Source: a virus (taxonomy: Duplodnaviria > Caudoviricetes). Taken from it: DNA of 46,410 nt. The notes beneath the pieces were generated by a model. The model saw nothing but the letters and a program-made list of their open reading frames with translations, was not told the origin of the DNA and ran no database searches. Both the position numbers and the translations under genes were made by a program. The stretch's first letter is position 1. Every line of letters begins with the position of its first letter. The stretch covers positions 1 to 46,410 of the IMG/VR virus record IMGVR_UViG_3300010376_000055. One strand, given 5' to 3'. Shown here one piece after another: positions 27,272 through 36,436 of the stretch.

Positions 27272-28264
27272 TCAGACATCGTGAGCCTGTGCGAAGAATG
27301 ATCCGGTTCCGGCAAGGTTACCGTCCTCGTTGCCGTAGTCCCACGTGACGTCGGTCTGATCCATTCCCTGATCCTTCATGCGGGCCTGCTCCAGGCGCAC
27401 GAGGAACTCCTGCTGCTTATCCCGGGCTACCGACAAAGCCGAGGCGATGTCGTAGTTCGGATTCTTCTTTGGCTTGTATTTCAAGGCATCCGGAACGCCG
27501 CCCAAAACTATCAAGTCGGTTGGGATCCACGCGAGCACGGTGTCTGATTCGTCATCGAGATTCGGAGGCTGGGTGTAGGCCTCAAACGGGAACGTCTGCT
27601 GCGCGATCGGCGTAGGCCACACTTCACACAACATCTGACCGTCCGGCGTCTGGCCGCGCTTCGCGATCTTGGTGGCCCAGCCGAGGGCCGTTCTCCAGGG
27701 ATCGACCGCATTCAATGTCTGGATGTTGCAGTCCACGTCCATCGGCCAACCGAAGAGCTGGTTCACTGCCCAGATAAGCTTCGAGACGTTCTGACCGAAC
27801 GTCACGTACGCTTCAAATATCTGGTAGCCGCCGTTTGAAGTGGACGGTCCAACGTAGTTCGTGTCAAGAGTCAAAACCTGATGCGCCACATCGACCGCTG
27901 CGATGGTCTGGTAGCCGGCGGTGAATGACGGCCGAAACTGCAAGCCTAAAAGCTGTGGGGTCCATGCGGTTCCTATTCCCTGAACGCTTCGGCTGTTCGT
28001 CGTCAGATTCACCTGGCCGGTGGCCGTGACGTTCGGAACGCCGATTTGACCTTTGACCTTGAGTCCGTACCAGTCGCAGTACCCGACAACCGCGCGGTAT
28101 TTGTTGTTGATGATGCGACCGGCTTCCTGGGGATCGAGATTCGGGTTCCAGCCCGTCAACTCACGAAGCATCTCGCCATAGTTCAACTGCGCCGTAAACG
28201 GCTGTTGGAACGGACTAGGGCCGGTCTGGTTCGGGAACTGCGGATTAGAGAAGATTACCGGCAT
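27272..28264 (-). CDS. Head-tail adaptor / tail tubular A-like protein
   Basis: LNYGEMLRE, EVWPTP...YTQPPNLDDESDT..WIPTDLIVLG; position downstream of the capsid. Confidence 0.7.
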   Translation of the reverse strand: MPVIFSNPQFPNQTGPSPFQQPFTAQLNYGEMLRELTGWNPNLDPQEAGRIINNKYRAVVGYCDWYGLKVKGQIGVPNVTATGQVNLTTNSRSVQGIGTAWTPQLLGLQFRPSFTAGYQTIAAVDVAHQVLTLDTNYVGPSTSNGGYQIFEAYVTFGQNVSKLIWAVNQLFGWPMDVDCNIQTLNAVDPWRTALGWATKIAKRGQTPDGQMLCEVWPTPIAQQTFPFEAYTQPPNLDDESDTVLAWIPTDLIVLGGVPDALKYKPKKNPNYDIASALSVARDKQQEFLVRLEQARMKDQGMDQTDVTWDYGNEDGNLAGTGSFFAQAHDV

Positions 28265-28573
28265 CTACTTTCCTTGAGTGTTTTCGATCAGCTCGTCGAA
28301 GTTCTTCCGCATCGTCAGAACTTCCTTGAAAGTGTCTCCGAACGGAATACCCAGCGCAACCGCTTCATCGTGACTGCGAGTTGCTTCATAGATTCCCCTC
28401 AATTGCTCCTGTGCGTCCTGAAGCATCCGGCAAAGCACGTAGATGGCTTGCTTGTTTGGAATCAACAACTGAGTCCGGATCTTGTCGATGGTAAAAGTAC
28501 TCAAATCCGGAACGTTCTTGTCCACGCCTTCAAGCGGTACGTCCACAATCTCCGGGCCGCTATTCGCTGCCAT
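28265..28573 (-). CDS. Hypothetical protein
   Basis: GGAGG/AGGA SD, helical 102 aa. Confidence 0.6.
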   Translation of the reverse strand: MAANSGPEIVDVPLEGVDKNVPDLSTFTIDKIRTQLLIPNKQAIYVLCRMLQDAQEQLRGIYEATRSHDEAVALGIPFGDTFKEVLTMRKNFDELIENTQGK

Positions 28574-28790
28574 CTTTCCTACCTCCCGTTGTTCCAAAGG
28601 CCCATCCTGCAAAACCGCCGGACAGTGTCGTCAGTCCCCCAAGAAGAAAGGGAAGACCGTAGCTGCTATGCTCTTCGACTTTTGCGACAGCGATGATTGC
28701 CACGAGGGCAGCCAGGAGAATGAGCAATATAAAACCGAATCCGAGCTTCAGGAATGGAATCCAGCCCGGGTCCGGTGGGTTCTTCCACAT
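28560..28790 (-). CDS. Small two-TM membrane protein (holin-like)
   Basis: Two hydrophobic segments and a charged C-terminus. Confidence 0.55.
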   Translation of the reverse strand: MWKNPPDPGWIPFLKLGFGFILLILLAALVAIIAVAKVEEHSSYGLPFLLGGLTTLSGGFAGWAFGTTGGRKDGSE

Positions 28791-28792
28791 GG

Positions 28793-29666
28793 CTACCTCC
28801 GCGAGGCCGTCTTGCGCTTGGCTGCCGGGCGGCTGTCCGTGATCTTCCGCCAGTCCTTCTTCTGGTAGCGAGAAGTGTCTTTGCCGCTCGTGTCGGCCGC
28901 GCGCACCTTCGAGCTCGACCCGCTCGACTGGTTGGTCCTGGCCGAAGCCCGGCTGGCCGCTTGTCCGATCCGATCGCTCGCGCTCCTCATCGCCTTCTTG
29001 CCGCGGTCGACCGCATTGCTGATAGCTCTGCCGGCTGAGCGTCCGCTGTATAGATCACCGATCGATCGAACGGTGTTGCGCGCTGTATCGAGAATGCCGC
29101 TTGCGTCCTGACCCATTACCGTTTACCTCCACTTTTGCGGTATGTCTTCGAAGCCATTCGACCCTTTGGAAGTCGCTTCATTGGCTTCCCTGCATCGGCC
29201 CTGCGATTGTTGGCCCTGACCGTCTCGTTGTAGTTCGACCGTCTTCCGCGAGTTGCATCCTCGATCTGGTGCATGGGCTTTTCGCGCATAGTTCTTACGG
29301 TGTCGGTCATCATCCGCAGTTTTTCCACTACTTCCTCCCGCGACTGGTCATGCCCATCCCAGACCGCTTCATCAGGCGCTCCACCTTCTTGCGCTTACCC
29401 TTCGGGATAACCCGCTCACCTTTCTTGAGCCGCGCATTCCCGGTTTTCCGGACCTTACCGCCTTTGTGGTATTGCACTGGTCCGATCCTCGAGGAAGCCT
29501 GCGCCCCGGCATCGGACATCATGCTTCGGCCGGAAGACGACAGGCTCGATCCCCCAGCGCGCAGTCCGGCCTTCAACCCGCCGCCACGCGAGTCCTTGCC
29601 CTGCTGCACCTGGCGCTTGGTATCCGCAACCGTGTCGCTCAAGCTTCTGCCATCGTCGTCTGCCAT
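28793..29666 (-). CDS. Three consecutive small Arg/Lys/Ser-rich ORFs (28793-29116, 29116-29328, 29328-29666)
   Basis: Coupled ORFs with SDs; very basic; YHKGGKVRKTG.A.LKKGERVIP motif in the third. Confidence 0.65.
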
Positions 29667-29681
29667 CGCATTCCCTCAAAC

Positions 29682-29706
29682 GAAAAGGCGGCCTTTTGAG
29701 CCGCCC
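29682..29706 (-). terminator. Rho-independent terminator after the capsid cluster
   Basis: GGGCGGCT-CAAAA-GGCCGCCT followed by TTT. Confidence 0.6.
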
Positions 29707-29728
29707 CTCGGTGATTGCCCCAAAGGGC

Positions 29729-30061
29729 TTAGAGTCCGACGCAAAGCAACTGGAAGGCAAAGGCTGAAAGGTCGGTGTTCGCCCCGACTTCGACAAGCTG
29801 TCCAGTTGTTCCGTTCTGCTGCAACACCTTCACCTTTGAAGTGACCGGGTTGAACTTCAGAACGTAATCGCTGGCATCGCCAACCGAGATCGCGAAGATG
29901 ACCTTGTCCATGCCCACGTTGCCTGCTGACGGGGGTATCCCTTCCACGAGATACCCGTTCGTCGCGTAATCGGAAATTGCCGGCTGGAGGGTTACCAGCT
30001 CTCCTCGCAAGTTGCCGATAGAGAGATCACCATCCGCGTTCTTCGTTACTGTGTACGCCAT
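29729..30061 (-). CDS. Putative minor capsid/decoration protein
   Basis: 110 aa beta-rich; DYATNGY...EVGANTDLS; GGAGG SD. Confidence 0.65.
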   Translation of the reverse strand: MAYTVTKNADGDLSIGNLRGELVTLQPAISDYATNGYLVEGIPPSAGNVGMDKVIFAISVGDASDYVLKFNPVTSKVKVLQQNGTTGQLVEVGANTDLSAFAFQLLCVGL

Positions 30062-30073
30062 CGGCGCCCTCCG

Positions 30074-30676
30074 CTAGATGATGTCGCAATCCATCAGGAT
30101 GTCGCACAGGCTGCTTGCGACCGCCGTCAGGGCCCTTCCGAAAGGCTTGTAGCCGGGTTGCGTACCTGCCGCCACACGACCGTTGGTGAAGTTGCCAGCC
30201 GCGCCGATGATCCAGTCGCCTGCCACAATCGCCGCCGGAGATACCGAGCCCTGCACGAGACCGGCTACAGCGATCAGGACTTGCGATCCCTGGAGAATAG
30301 CCGCCGTGAGGGTCGAAACCGATGTCGTGTTGACCATCAGGTATCCGGCTGGAGTGTTCAGGCCGCCTATGGACTCCGTGCTGACTCCTGACACTGTGGT
30401 GAACGTTTCATCCGTCCAGTAGACCGGAGCCGGAGCCGCAGCGGGTGTCGGCTGCGCTGTCGACTTGTACTGCACGAGCATGTAGATCGCCGGGGATCCC
30501 GAGGGATTCGACTTCGTAATGTTCGTGCTGTAGAAGAGCCGTTGGCCGAGGACCTGGTTTTCACCGAGTCCCTGATATGCCGTGATCGCCCCAAGGCCGA
30601 GGGTCGGGTTATACAGGTACGTCAGAGCCGCGCCTGTATCGATCTGCATCAACTGATTTGCTGGTCCGAGCCACAT
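30074..30676 (-). CDS. Putative capsid decoration/cement protein
   Basis: Directly downstream of the capsid; IAVAG...AGDWI...FGRALTA. Confidence 0.65.
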   Translation of the reverse strand: MWLGPANQLMQIDTGAALTYLYNPTLGLGAITAYQGLGENQVLGQRLFYSTNITKSNPSGSPAIYMLVQYKSTAQPTPAAAPAPVYWTDETFTTVSGVSTESIGGLNTPAGYLMVNTTSVSTLTAAILQGSQVLIAVAGLVQGSVSPAAIVAGDWIIGAAGNFTNGRVAAGTQPGYKPFGRALTAVASSLCDILMDCDII

Positions 30677-30703
30677 AGTCGATAGTCTCCCTTCGCTCGC
30701 GCC

Positions 30704-31684
30704 TTAGAATCCTGAGAAGCCCAGGTTGAACATCAGTCGCGGAGCAGCAACGACCATGTTGCCGCCGAACAAATACTGTCCAGCGACGTCGTCCGTGTTC
30801 TGCGCTTCCTTCCATCCGGTGAACCCGAACTGATACTTCGGCACCGTGGTCACGTACAGGTACACGTAGTTCGTGTTCAGGCCGTACATCTGCCCGTTTC
30901 CTGCAAGGACCGAAAGGTACTGATCGACCACAACCTGCGCGCCGTTCCAGAAGAAGCTCCGGAAGCCCACATGGACGTCCGAGGTCTCATCGTTGAAGCG
31001 CTGCTGCGGCTGCAGCTTGTTCCAGAACGCATCCCAGACCGGCTGCGTGGTAACCAGCATGTCCGGCTTTTCCTGGCCGAACCATGAGGCACCGAATGCC
31101 GTCTGCACCGCGCCGAGCGAGAAGGCCGCCGGTGACGCCTGATAGGCGTTGATACCGGTGTTCGCTGTCGAAGCGATGTCGGTTCTGGTAATGCCGCCGT
31201 AGGTTGAGTAGTTCGCCGGGATGTTGATCGCGCCGGCAAACCCGTCGAGATCGATCGTAGAACTCAGTGAAGAGTTCCCCAGCAGGCCGCCGTCCCCGTA
31301 GAGGTTGGTCGCGAGCAACTGGCTCATCGTGCCCGAAGCGTTGATCATCTTCGAACCGACGAAGCTCATGGCCGCTTGCGATCCACGGTTGAGCACCTGG
31401 TCAATGCCGTAGATCGTGACGTTCACGTAGTAGTACTTCAGGTTGAACTGAAGCGCTGTGTCCGTCTGTACGGCTGTGGTGTCGAAGGCCTGGCCACGCT
31501 GGAAGGCAGAGCCCTTCAGCGGTGCGTACATGATGTTGTGGCGAATGGTGAGGCCGCCTTCAAACTCAAAGCGCCTCTTGTTCTTCAGGCGCGTGAACGG
31601 AGGCGAATTCTTGAACACGTTGTCCGTGAGGTACGGCGTGATGAAGTCATTCGTCTTGCCAGTAAGATCATTCCATGTCAGGAT
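30704..31684 (-). CDS. Major capsid protein (HK97 fold), predicted ATC start
   Basis: (M)LTWNDLTGKTNDFITPYLTDNVFKNSPPFTRL; GG..I...I.Y, LYGDG, DGF..AI, YGGITR, PDMLVTT motifs; frame open to TAG upstream; AGGGT 6 nt before ATC. Confidence 0.85.
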   Translation of the reverse strand: MLTWNDLTGKTNDFITPYLTDNVFKNSPPFTRLKNKRRFEFEGGLTIRHNIMYAPLKGSAFQRGQAFDTTAVQTDTALQFNLKYYYVNVTIYGIDQVLNRGSQAAMSFVGSKMINASGTMSQLLATNLYGDGGLLGNSSLSSTIDLDGFAGAINIPANYSTYGGITRTDIASTANTGINAYQASPAAFSLGAVQTAFGASWFGQEKPDMLVTTQPVWDAFWNKLQPQQRFNDETSDVHVGFRSFFWNGAQVVVDQYLSVLAGNGQMYGLNTNYVYLYVTTVPKYQFGFTGWKEAQNTDDVAGQYLFGGNMVVAAPRLMFNLGFSGF

Positions 31685-31707
31685 ATAGCTACCCTAGAAT
31701 CTTAGAC

Positions 31708-32238
31708 TTAGCTCGCTATCTCGAGACCGGTAGACTTATTCAGTCTTTCGATCTCCAGCTTCATCGCATGACGCTTGGCAATTTCCGCATCAGTGAGAGG
31801 CATCTGAATGATTCTGCCTCGCCCGTCCCTCACTCTAATCTCTCGAGATAGCTTGAGAGACATGAACGAGAGTCCAACTTCAGCCTGCGCCTTTTTCATG
31901 ATCATGTACGGTAGGCAAGCTTTCAAAAGTGTTTCTGCCATCCGCTCATTCATCTGCCAGCGCATAATTGGCTTCTTCCCGAGATGTTTTGATTTCTCGT
32001 ATTTGACGTAGTACACGCTTCCGTCAAACGTGGATTTAAGCCAATTCATCAGTCGATGGTCCGTGTTGGATATAACGACCGACAGTCTGTACTGAGGCGT
32101 TTTATGCCTCCCGTGCAATCCCGTCGCCACGTTGATGTAGATTGTGCCTTCACCGTCGATGTACGCAGCGAGCCGGGCCTTATCGATCTCCGATACGGCA
32201 TCGATCATTGCTGCATAATCTTTGCGAGTGACTGGCAA
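31708..32238 (-). mobile_element. Single-motif LAGLIDADG homing endonuclease gene between scaffold and capsid
   Basis: RLAAYIDGEGTI, VVISNTD, LPYMIMKKAQA; TTG start with GGAGAGG SD; lower GC than neighbours. Confidence 0.88.
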
Positions 32239-32434
32239 GTTCGTCTAGCCTCTCCGCCCCTCCGGGCAAGGATTTGTGTTTTACAAATCGGCCGACTTCG
32301 GCCGTTTCCACCAAGCCGGGCGGGTTCTGCTTTCGCTTCCCATCCCTTGCTCATCCCTGCTATCCCGTTGGGTTCGGCTATGGTTTGAGGACCACGCTTC
32401 CCATTCGTTCGCAGTGCAGCGGTTTTAAGTTCCG
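32239..32434 (-). promoter_or_regulatory. Structured intergenic leader with repeated GGGAAGC/GCNGAACCC internal-loop motif
   Basis: Motif at 32402-32370 and 32341-32322; hairpins CGGCCG-AAGT-CGGCCG and GATTTGT-AAAAC-ACAAATC. Confidence 0.55.
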
Positions 32435-33376
32435 CTAAAACTTTCCTTCTGCTTGCATTGCCTGGGCGGCTTTGACGGACTGAGCCTTGATCTTGTCCTC
32501 AAAGTTTTCTCCACCCGCGCTAGCTGCCAACGCAGTTTGCAAAGCTCCAAGCGGTTCGTCAGCCGGGGGAACGTAATCGGTTCCTCCGCCTCCACCTGGC
32601 ATTCCGCGGCGAGCATTCAGCCGCTTCTGCACTTCCGCCTCGATCTGAGCTTCCCTGGTCTTCGCTGCCTTGATCGGAGCCAAAAACTTTTCTTCGATCT
32701 GGAACGGATTGAAAATCTGCTCCTTGACCATCAACTCGAAGAGCTGCTTCTGCTCTTCCTCGCCCCACGGCTTTCCGGTTTCCTTCTCCCAGTGCATTGC
32801 CACGATGGCATTGCCGGTTGAAAACCCTGAGACCTTGGGGATCGTGTTCTCGTTGAAGTCCTTTTCCTTGGCTGTCCAGTTTTCGTCGAACACGCCCTGT
32901 GCCATCTTCTTGCCTTCGGCTTCATACAGCGCCTTGATTTCTTCCTTGGTCGCTGTGCCGCCGGCCGCCTGAACGATTTCACGAACGCGTCTGTCGAGCT
33001 CTTCGGGTTTCATGTCTCCTCCAATGGCTGCCTTTTGGGCTTCCGCCAGATCCGCTTCCAGTTTCGATTTCATCTGGGTCCAGGTCTCTTTGCCGTCCGC
33101 GTCAACCAGACCGGCATCTTGCAGACCCTTCCATGTCGGCTCGGCGTCTTCCCACCAAGTCTTCATCTTTTCGGACCATTCGAGGTCAGTGGCATGCTTT
33201 TCCCGCTCCGTCTTCAGCTCGTTCATGTTGCGGCTGTAGTCGGCCTGACGCAGTCCGTCGTCTTTCAACGTCGTCCATTCCGCCGCCAGGTCGGGATGCT
33301 TTGCAAATGTGTTGTCTAAGAGCTTCCTCTCGTCGGCACTGAGCCGGGAGATCATTTCACTGAAAAGTAGTGCCAT
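32435..33376 (-). CDS. Capsid scaffolding protein
   Basis: GLRQADYSRNMNEL motif, charged coiled-coil, located between portal and capsid. Confidence 0.8.
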   Translation of the reverse strand: MALLFSEMISRLSADERKLLDNTFAKHPDLAAEWTTLKDDGLRQADYSRNMNELKTEREKHATDLEWSEKMKTWWEDAEPTWKGLQDAGLVDADGKETWTQMKSKLEADLAEAQKAAIGGDMKPEELDRRVREIVQAAGGTATKEEIKALYEAEGKKMAQGVFDENWTAKEKDFNENTIPKVSGFSTGNAIVAMHWEKETGKPWGEEEQKQLFELMVKEQIFNPFQIEEKFLAPIKAAKTREAQIEAEVQKRLNARRGMPGGGGGTDYVPPADEPLGALQTALAASAGGENFEDKIKAQSVKAAQAMQAEGKF

Positions 33377-33448
33377 TTCCCTCATCCCTTCCCAGCTTCC
33401 CTTTTGGGGTTCCGTTGGGGTCCGGTGATTGGGCCTTGCCCGTTGTTG

Positions 33449-33799
33449 TTATCCCGGCATCTGGCCGGGACTCATCGAAGGCACGGGCATTGAAGACGGC
33501 CCGGGCCCTTGCGGTCCTTCCTTCTGGGGTGGTGCCCCAGCGGTGGACTGCGGTCCCTGTTGCTCTGACATTGCCGCGCCCATATCCAAGATCGCGAGTG
33601 CGCGCATTACGTACGAACGGAACTTGTCATCGTTCACGCTCAACAAAATTTTCTTTGCGGTATCGGTCGCCAACCGGGCCGGGCTCTTGTCCATGCCCTG
33701 CATCATCTGCCCCATTCCGGCTCCAAAGCCGGGTGCGCCTGGAGGGCCCATCTGGGCCTGCGCTTGAGGAGAGACCGGTGGCTGAGGGATTGGGGGCAT
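33449..33799 (-). CDS. Pro/Gly/Gln-rich small head-module protein
   Basis: 116 aa, coupled to the upstream ORF. Confidence 0.65.
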   Translation of the reverse strand: MPPIPQPPVSPQAQAQMGPPGAPGFGAGMGQMMQGMDKSPARLATDTAKKILLSVNDDKFRSYVMRALAILDMGAAMSEQQGPQSTAGAPPQKEGPQGPGPSSMPVPSMSPGQMPG

Positions 33800-34006
33800 T
33801 TACTTGTTCCCGTACTCCCCGTTCTGAAGGTTGCCGCTCTTCGTGTTCACGCTGGTGCCGCGCGGCGTAACCGTGGTCATGTCGCCTTCGTCGGTGAAAG
33901 TTCCGACCTGGTCGAACTGACCCTTCAGAAGCTTGGGAGAGCTTGTTGGCTCGTGGTGACCGCCGCATCCTACGATGGCCGACATCCCGCTCATTTTCTT
34001 CGCCAT
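33800..34006 (-). CDS. Hypothetical protein
   Basis: GAGG SD, 68 aa. Confidence 0.6.
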   Translation of the reverse strand: MAKKMSGMSAIVGCGGHHEPTSSPKLLKGQFDQVGTFTDEGDMTTVTPRGTSVNTKSGNLQNGEYGNK

Positions 34007-34099
34007 TTCTGTGCCCTCGTTTGCTCCGTTTTTGAAAGATGGGCGGGAGTAACCCCGCCCATGCCTTTTGGTTGTGAACCCGGCTTTCCGGGCTATGGC

Positions 34100-34174
34100 C
34101 TAACGGCGTCCGCCGCGGACATGCTTGCCGCGCCGCTTGCCGCGCTTCGCCTTAACTTCGTAGTTAAAGTCCAT
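34100..34174 (-). CDS. 24-aa highly basic peptide (not in the ORF track)
   Basis: AAGGAGG SD, 5 nt, ATG; MDFNYEVKAKRGKRRGKHVRGGRR*. Confidence 0.65.
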   Translation of the reverse strand: MDFNYEVKAKRGKRRGKHVRGGRR

Positions 34175-34293
34175 GGGATCCTCCTTCCCCGAATAATCGC
34201 CCGTAATGGGTTTTATTTCGCCGATGTTCCGGTTGCGGCCTCCACCGCTGGTGCGATCCTCCGGAGAAGAAGCTCCGAGGGGTCTCGCGAAGC

Positions 34294-34440
34294 AAAAGAA
34301 AAAGCCGCACGGGCTAACTGCTCCCGGCGGCTGCTCGGTTCGCTCCCTTTCGGGTGAACCGTTCGATGCCTCACTGCTGACTATCTTTAATCCTGAAGCT
34401 TTTTTCTTTCAACAACAATTTTTACTTGTACTGTTTTTTC
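34294..34440 (-). promoter_or_regulatory. Putative head-operon promoter followed by hairpin and terminator-like structure
   Basis: A-rich UP-like tract, TTGAAA (34412-34407)-17-TAAAGAT; CGGTTC..CCC-GAAA-GGG..GAACCG hairpin; AGCCGC/GCGGCT stem followed by TTTTCTTTT. Confidence 0.5.
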
Positions 34441-34600
34441 GACTCGCGGAATATACCGAGAACTCCCCCGTCGCGTGAAATCTTCACTGTAATTTCGCTC
34501 TCGACCCGGTGATCGCGCGCGTCGTCCCTGGCCTGCTTCAGTGCCAGAAGGATGATTGGGAGGTCGTTGTTTTCGAACTTATCGTCCGACTGCTGGCCCA

Positions 34601-36436
34601 TTATTTATGCCCCTTCGGCGGTGCCAGAGCGCCCACCTGCGCAAGCTGCTTCGCCTCTTCGATAAGCTCCTGATCGTTCTCTTCCTGGTTGATGTTCCAG
34701 TCGATGATCTTGAAGAGCTTCTTGCGGGAGAGGTCTCTGTTTTTCCTGAGAGCAAAGGCGATCTGAGTCTTGTCCTGTCGAGCCACGTTCAACAGCGTAG
34801 ACTTGTCGCATTCATACCGGATTCTCCGGACAAAGGCTTCCGAGTTGATTCCTTCCGGAATCAGCGTTCCAACCGGCTCCTCGATGTCTTCCTTCGCCAG
34901 GCCTTCCTCGCCGAGCATCTCGGTGCGGTATCCGGAGTCGTGGAACTGAAGAGACGTTCCGGTCCACATATTGCCGAACTCATCGACCGATCCTTCAATG
35001 TTTCGTCCCATCAGCCGGATCGGCGTCGACTTCGAGAACGTGATCCTGTCGAGCGTGTCTCCTCCTGGAACCTGCTTCTTTCCAAGCGCATCGTCCATCG
35101 CCGAACCGCCGGACATCCGGTTCATCGACTTCTGGATCATGCCGAGCGCATTGAACACGTAACCAGGTATGTTCGGGGGTTGCTGCCACTGGGGCGGTGT
35201 GGCCGCGTTTTGCGAGTAAGACACCTTCAGGTTCGGCTTGGCCGAGTCGATCGCGCGCAGCGAGTCGGGGTGGATCGCGGACTTAGACGCCATCAAACCC
35301 GGTCTAACGGCCTTCTTCACGGACTCGAGCAATCCCTGGAACAGCGCGTTCAGAACATCGGTCTGCTTCATCCACGGGCTTACTACGCTCATCGCGTATT
35401 GCTGCCATGGCACGTCGTAAAGCGCCAGAGGAACGAACGGCTTCTGCCGGTGGAAGTAGGGATTTGGCTCGTCGTAGAGAGTGATTCGGTTGGCCCTGAT
35501 GATCAGCCGGCCTCGGGGATACATCTTCTGCTTCGGTTTGACCCAGTATCCCCACGCGGCTCCGGCCGGTCCCATCCAGATTGTATTGGGAGAATCGTTG
35601 ATCGCGTCGTCCTTCATCCAGTATTCGACCACTTCGGCCTTTGGATAAACGCTCTGGATGCCGTGCCGGTCATCGGCTCCCAGCATTCGCTTGGCGCCAG
35701 GCGATAGAGCTTCGAACAACTGGGGCATCACCGTCGGAGGAGCGCCCATGTTCATCGTGTACGTGCTCTTCATGGTATCGGCATGCACGTACTTTCCCAT
35801 GGTCGGATACGCCCGTTTGATCCAGTTGAGCGTCCGGTCCTTCCGGTAGATGACGCATTCGTCTTTCTGGTAGTCGGCTCCCAAACCCACGCGCAACAGG
35901 TTTTTGGCGTGAAGCACTTCCATCGAGATGTCGGCGTCGGAGTAGTCTCCCGAGTCGCCTCTTGCAAACGGATCCCAGTAGCACTTCACCGGGGCCGTCG
36001 TCAGCATGGCGTACATCGTCCAGTAAGCGTTCTTCCGAACGAAACCGGTTTGCCTAGCCCAGACCTTCGAAAGTTTGTTCTCGATCTCGGCGATCTTCGA
36101 ATACTGCCCAGCCGTGTCCTTGATCTCCCACATCGGCTTGATGTCGGTCAGAAGACCGATGGTTTCCCAGAAACAGGAGAGCAAGTCGTTTAGGACAGGC
36201 CGCGCCCGGTAGCTCGGCATCTGCTCTTTCCACTGGAGGCCCAGCAGATAGTCGATGGCGTTGTCCATCTCTTTGAGTTCAGGGATGTCCTGCTGAAGAC
36301 CTTTACCCTCTTCAAGGCACTGGTCGCAGAAGGTTCCCAGCTTCTCGTAGTACTCGCCTACGTACTTTTTCGATGGAGAATTCGAGTCACTTGAAGCGTT
36401 CGGGACCCGTTCCGACATTTCAACGAGCGTTGCCAT
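34601..36436 (-). CDS. Portal protein (P22-like)
   Basis: 611 aa; DYLLGLQW, KCYWDP, VVEYW, LYDEPNPYFHRQKPFV; follows the terminase; leaderless-type start. Confidence 0.85.
   Translation of the reverse strand: MATLVEMSERVPNASSDSNSPSKKYVGEYYEKLGTFCDQCLEEGKGLQQDIPELKEMDNAIDYLLGLQWKEQMPSYRARPVLNDLLSCFWETIGLLTDIKPMWEIKDTAGQYSKIAEIENKLSKVWARQTGFVRKNAYWTMYAMLTTAPVKCYWDPFARGDSGDYSDADISMEVLHAKNLLRVGLGADYQKDECVIYRKDRTLNWIKRAYPTMGKYVHADTMKSTYTMNMGAPPTVMPQLFEALSPGAKRMLGADDRHGIQSVYPKAEVVEYWMKDDAINDSPNTIWMGPAGAAWGYWVKPKQKMYPRGRLIIRANRITLYDEPNPYFHRQKPFVPLALYDVPWQQYAMSVVSPWMKQTDVLNALFQGLLESVKKAVRPGLMASKSAIHPDSLRAIDSAKPNLKVSYSQNAATPPQWQQPPNIPGYVFNALGMIQKSMNRMSGGSAMDDALGKKQVPGGDTLDRITFSKSTPIRLMGRNIEGSVDEFGNMWTGTSLQFHDSGYRTEMLGEEGLAKEDIEEPVGTLIPEGINSEAFVRRIRYECDKSTLLNVARQDKTQIAFALRKNRDLSRKKLFKIIDWNINQEENDQELIEEAKQLAQVGALAPPKGHK

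Noticed and set aside
31679-32434. Group I intron interrupting the capsid gene (GAGAGGCUA/AAGUCU P7-like pair, P9-like hairpin then G before ACA TGG, LAGLIDADG inside)
   Set aside because: No recognisable P3/P4/P6 (P and Q) elements and no 5' exon with SD+AUG ending in U. The ATC start explains the gene more simply and recurs at 246. RT-PCR would settle it.
34294-34375. c-di-GMP-I or other known riboswitch
   Set aside because: Has a GAAA-capped stem but lacks the GGCAAA...GACGCAAAGC consensus and a tetraloop receptor
34556-35707. 383-aa plus-strand ORF
   Set aside because: Antisense shadow of the portal gene with no motifs
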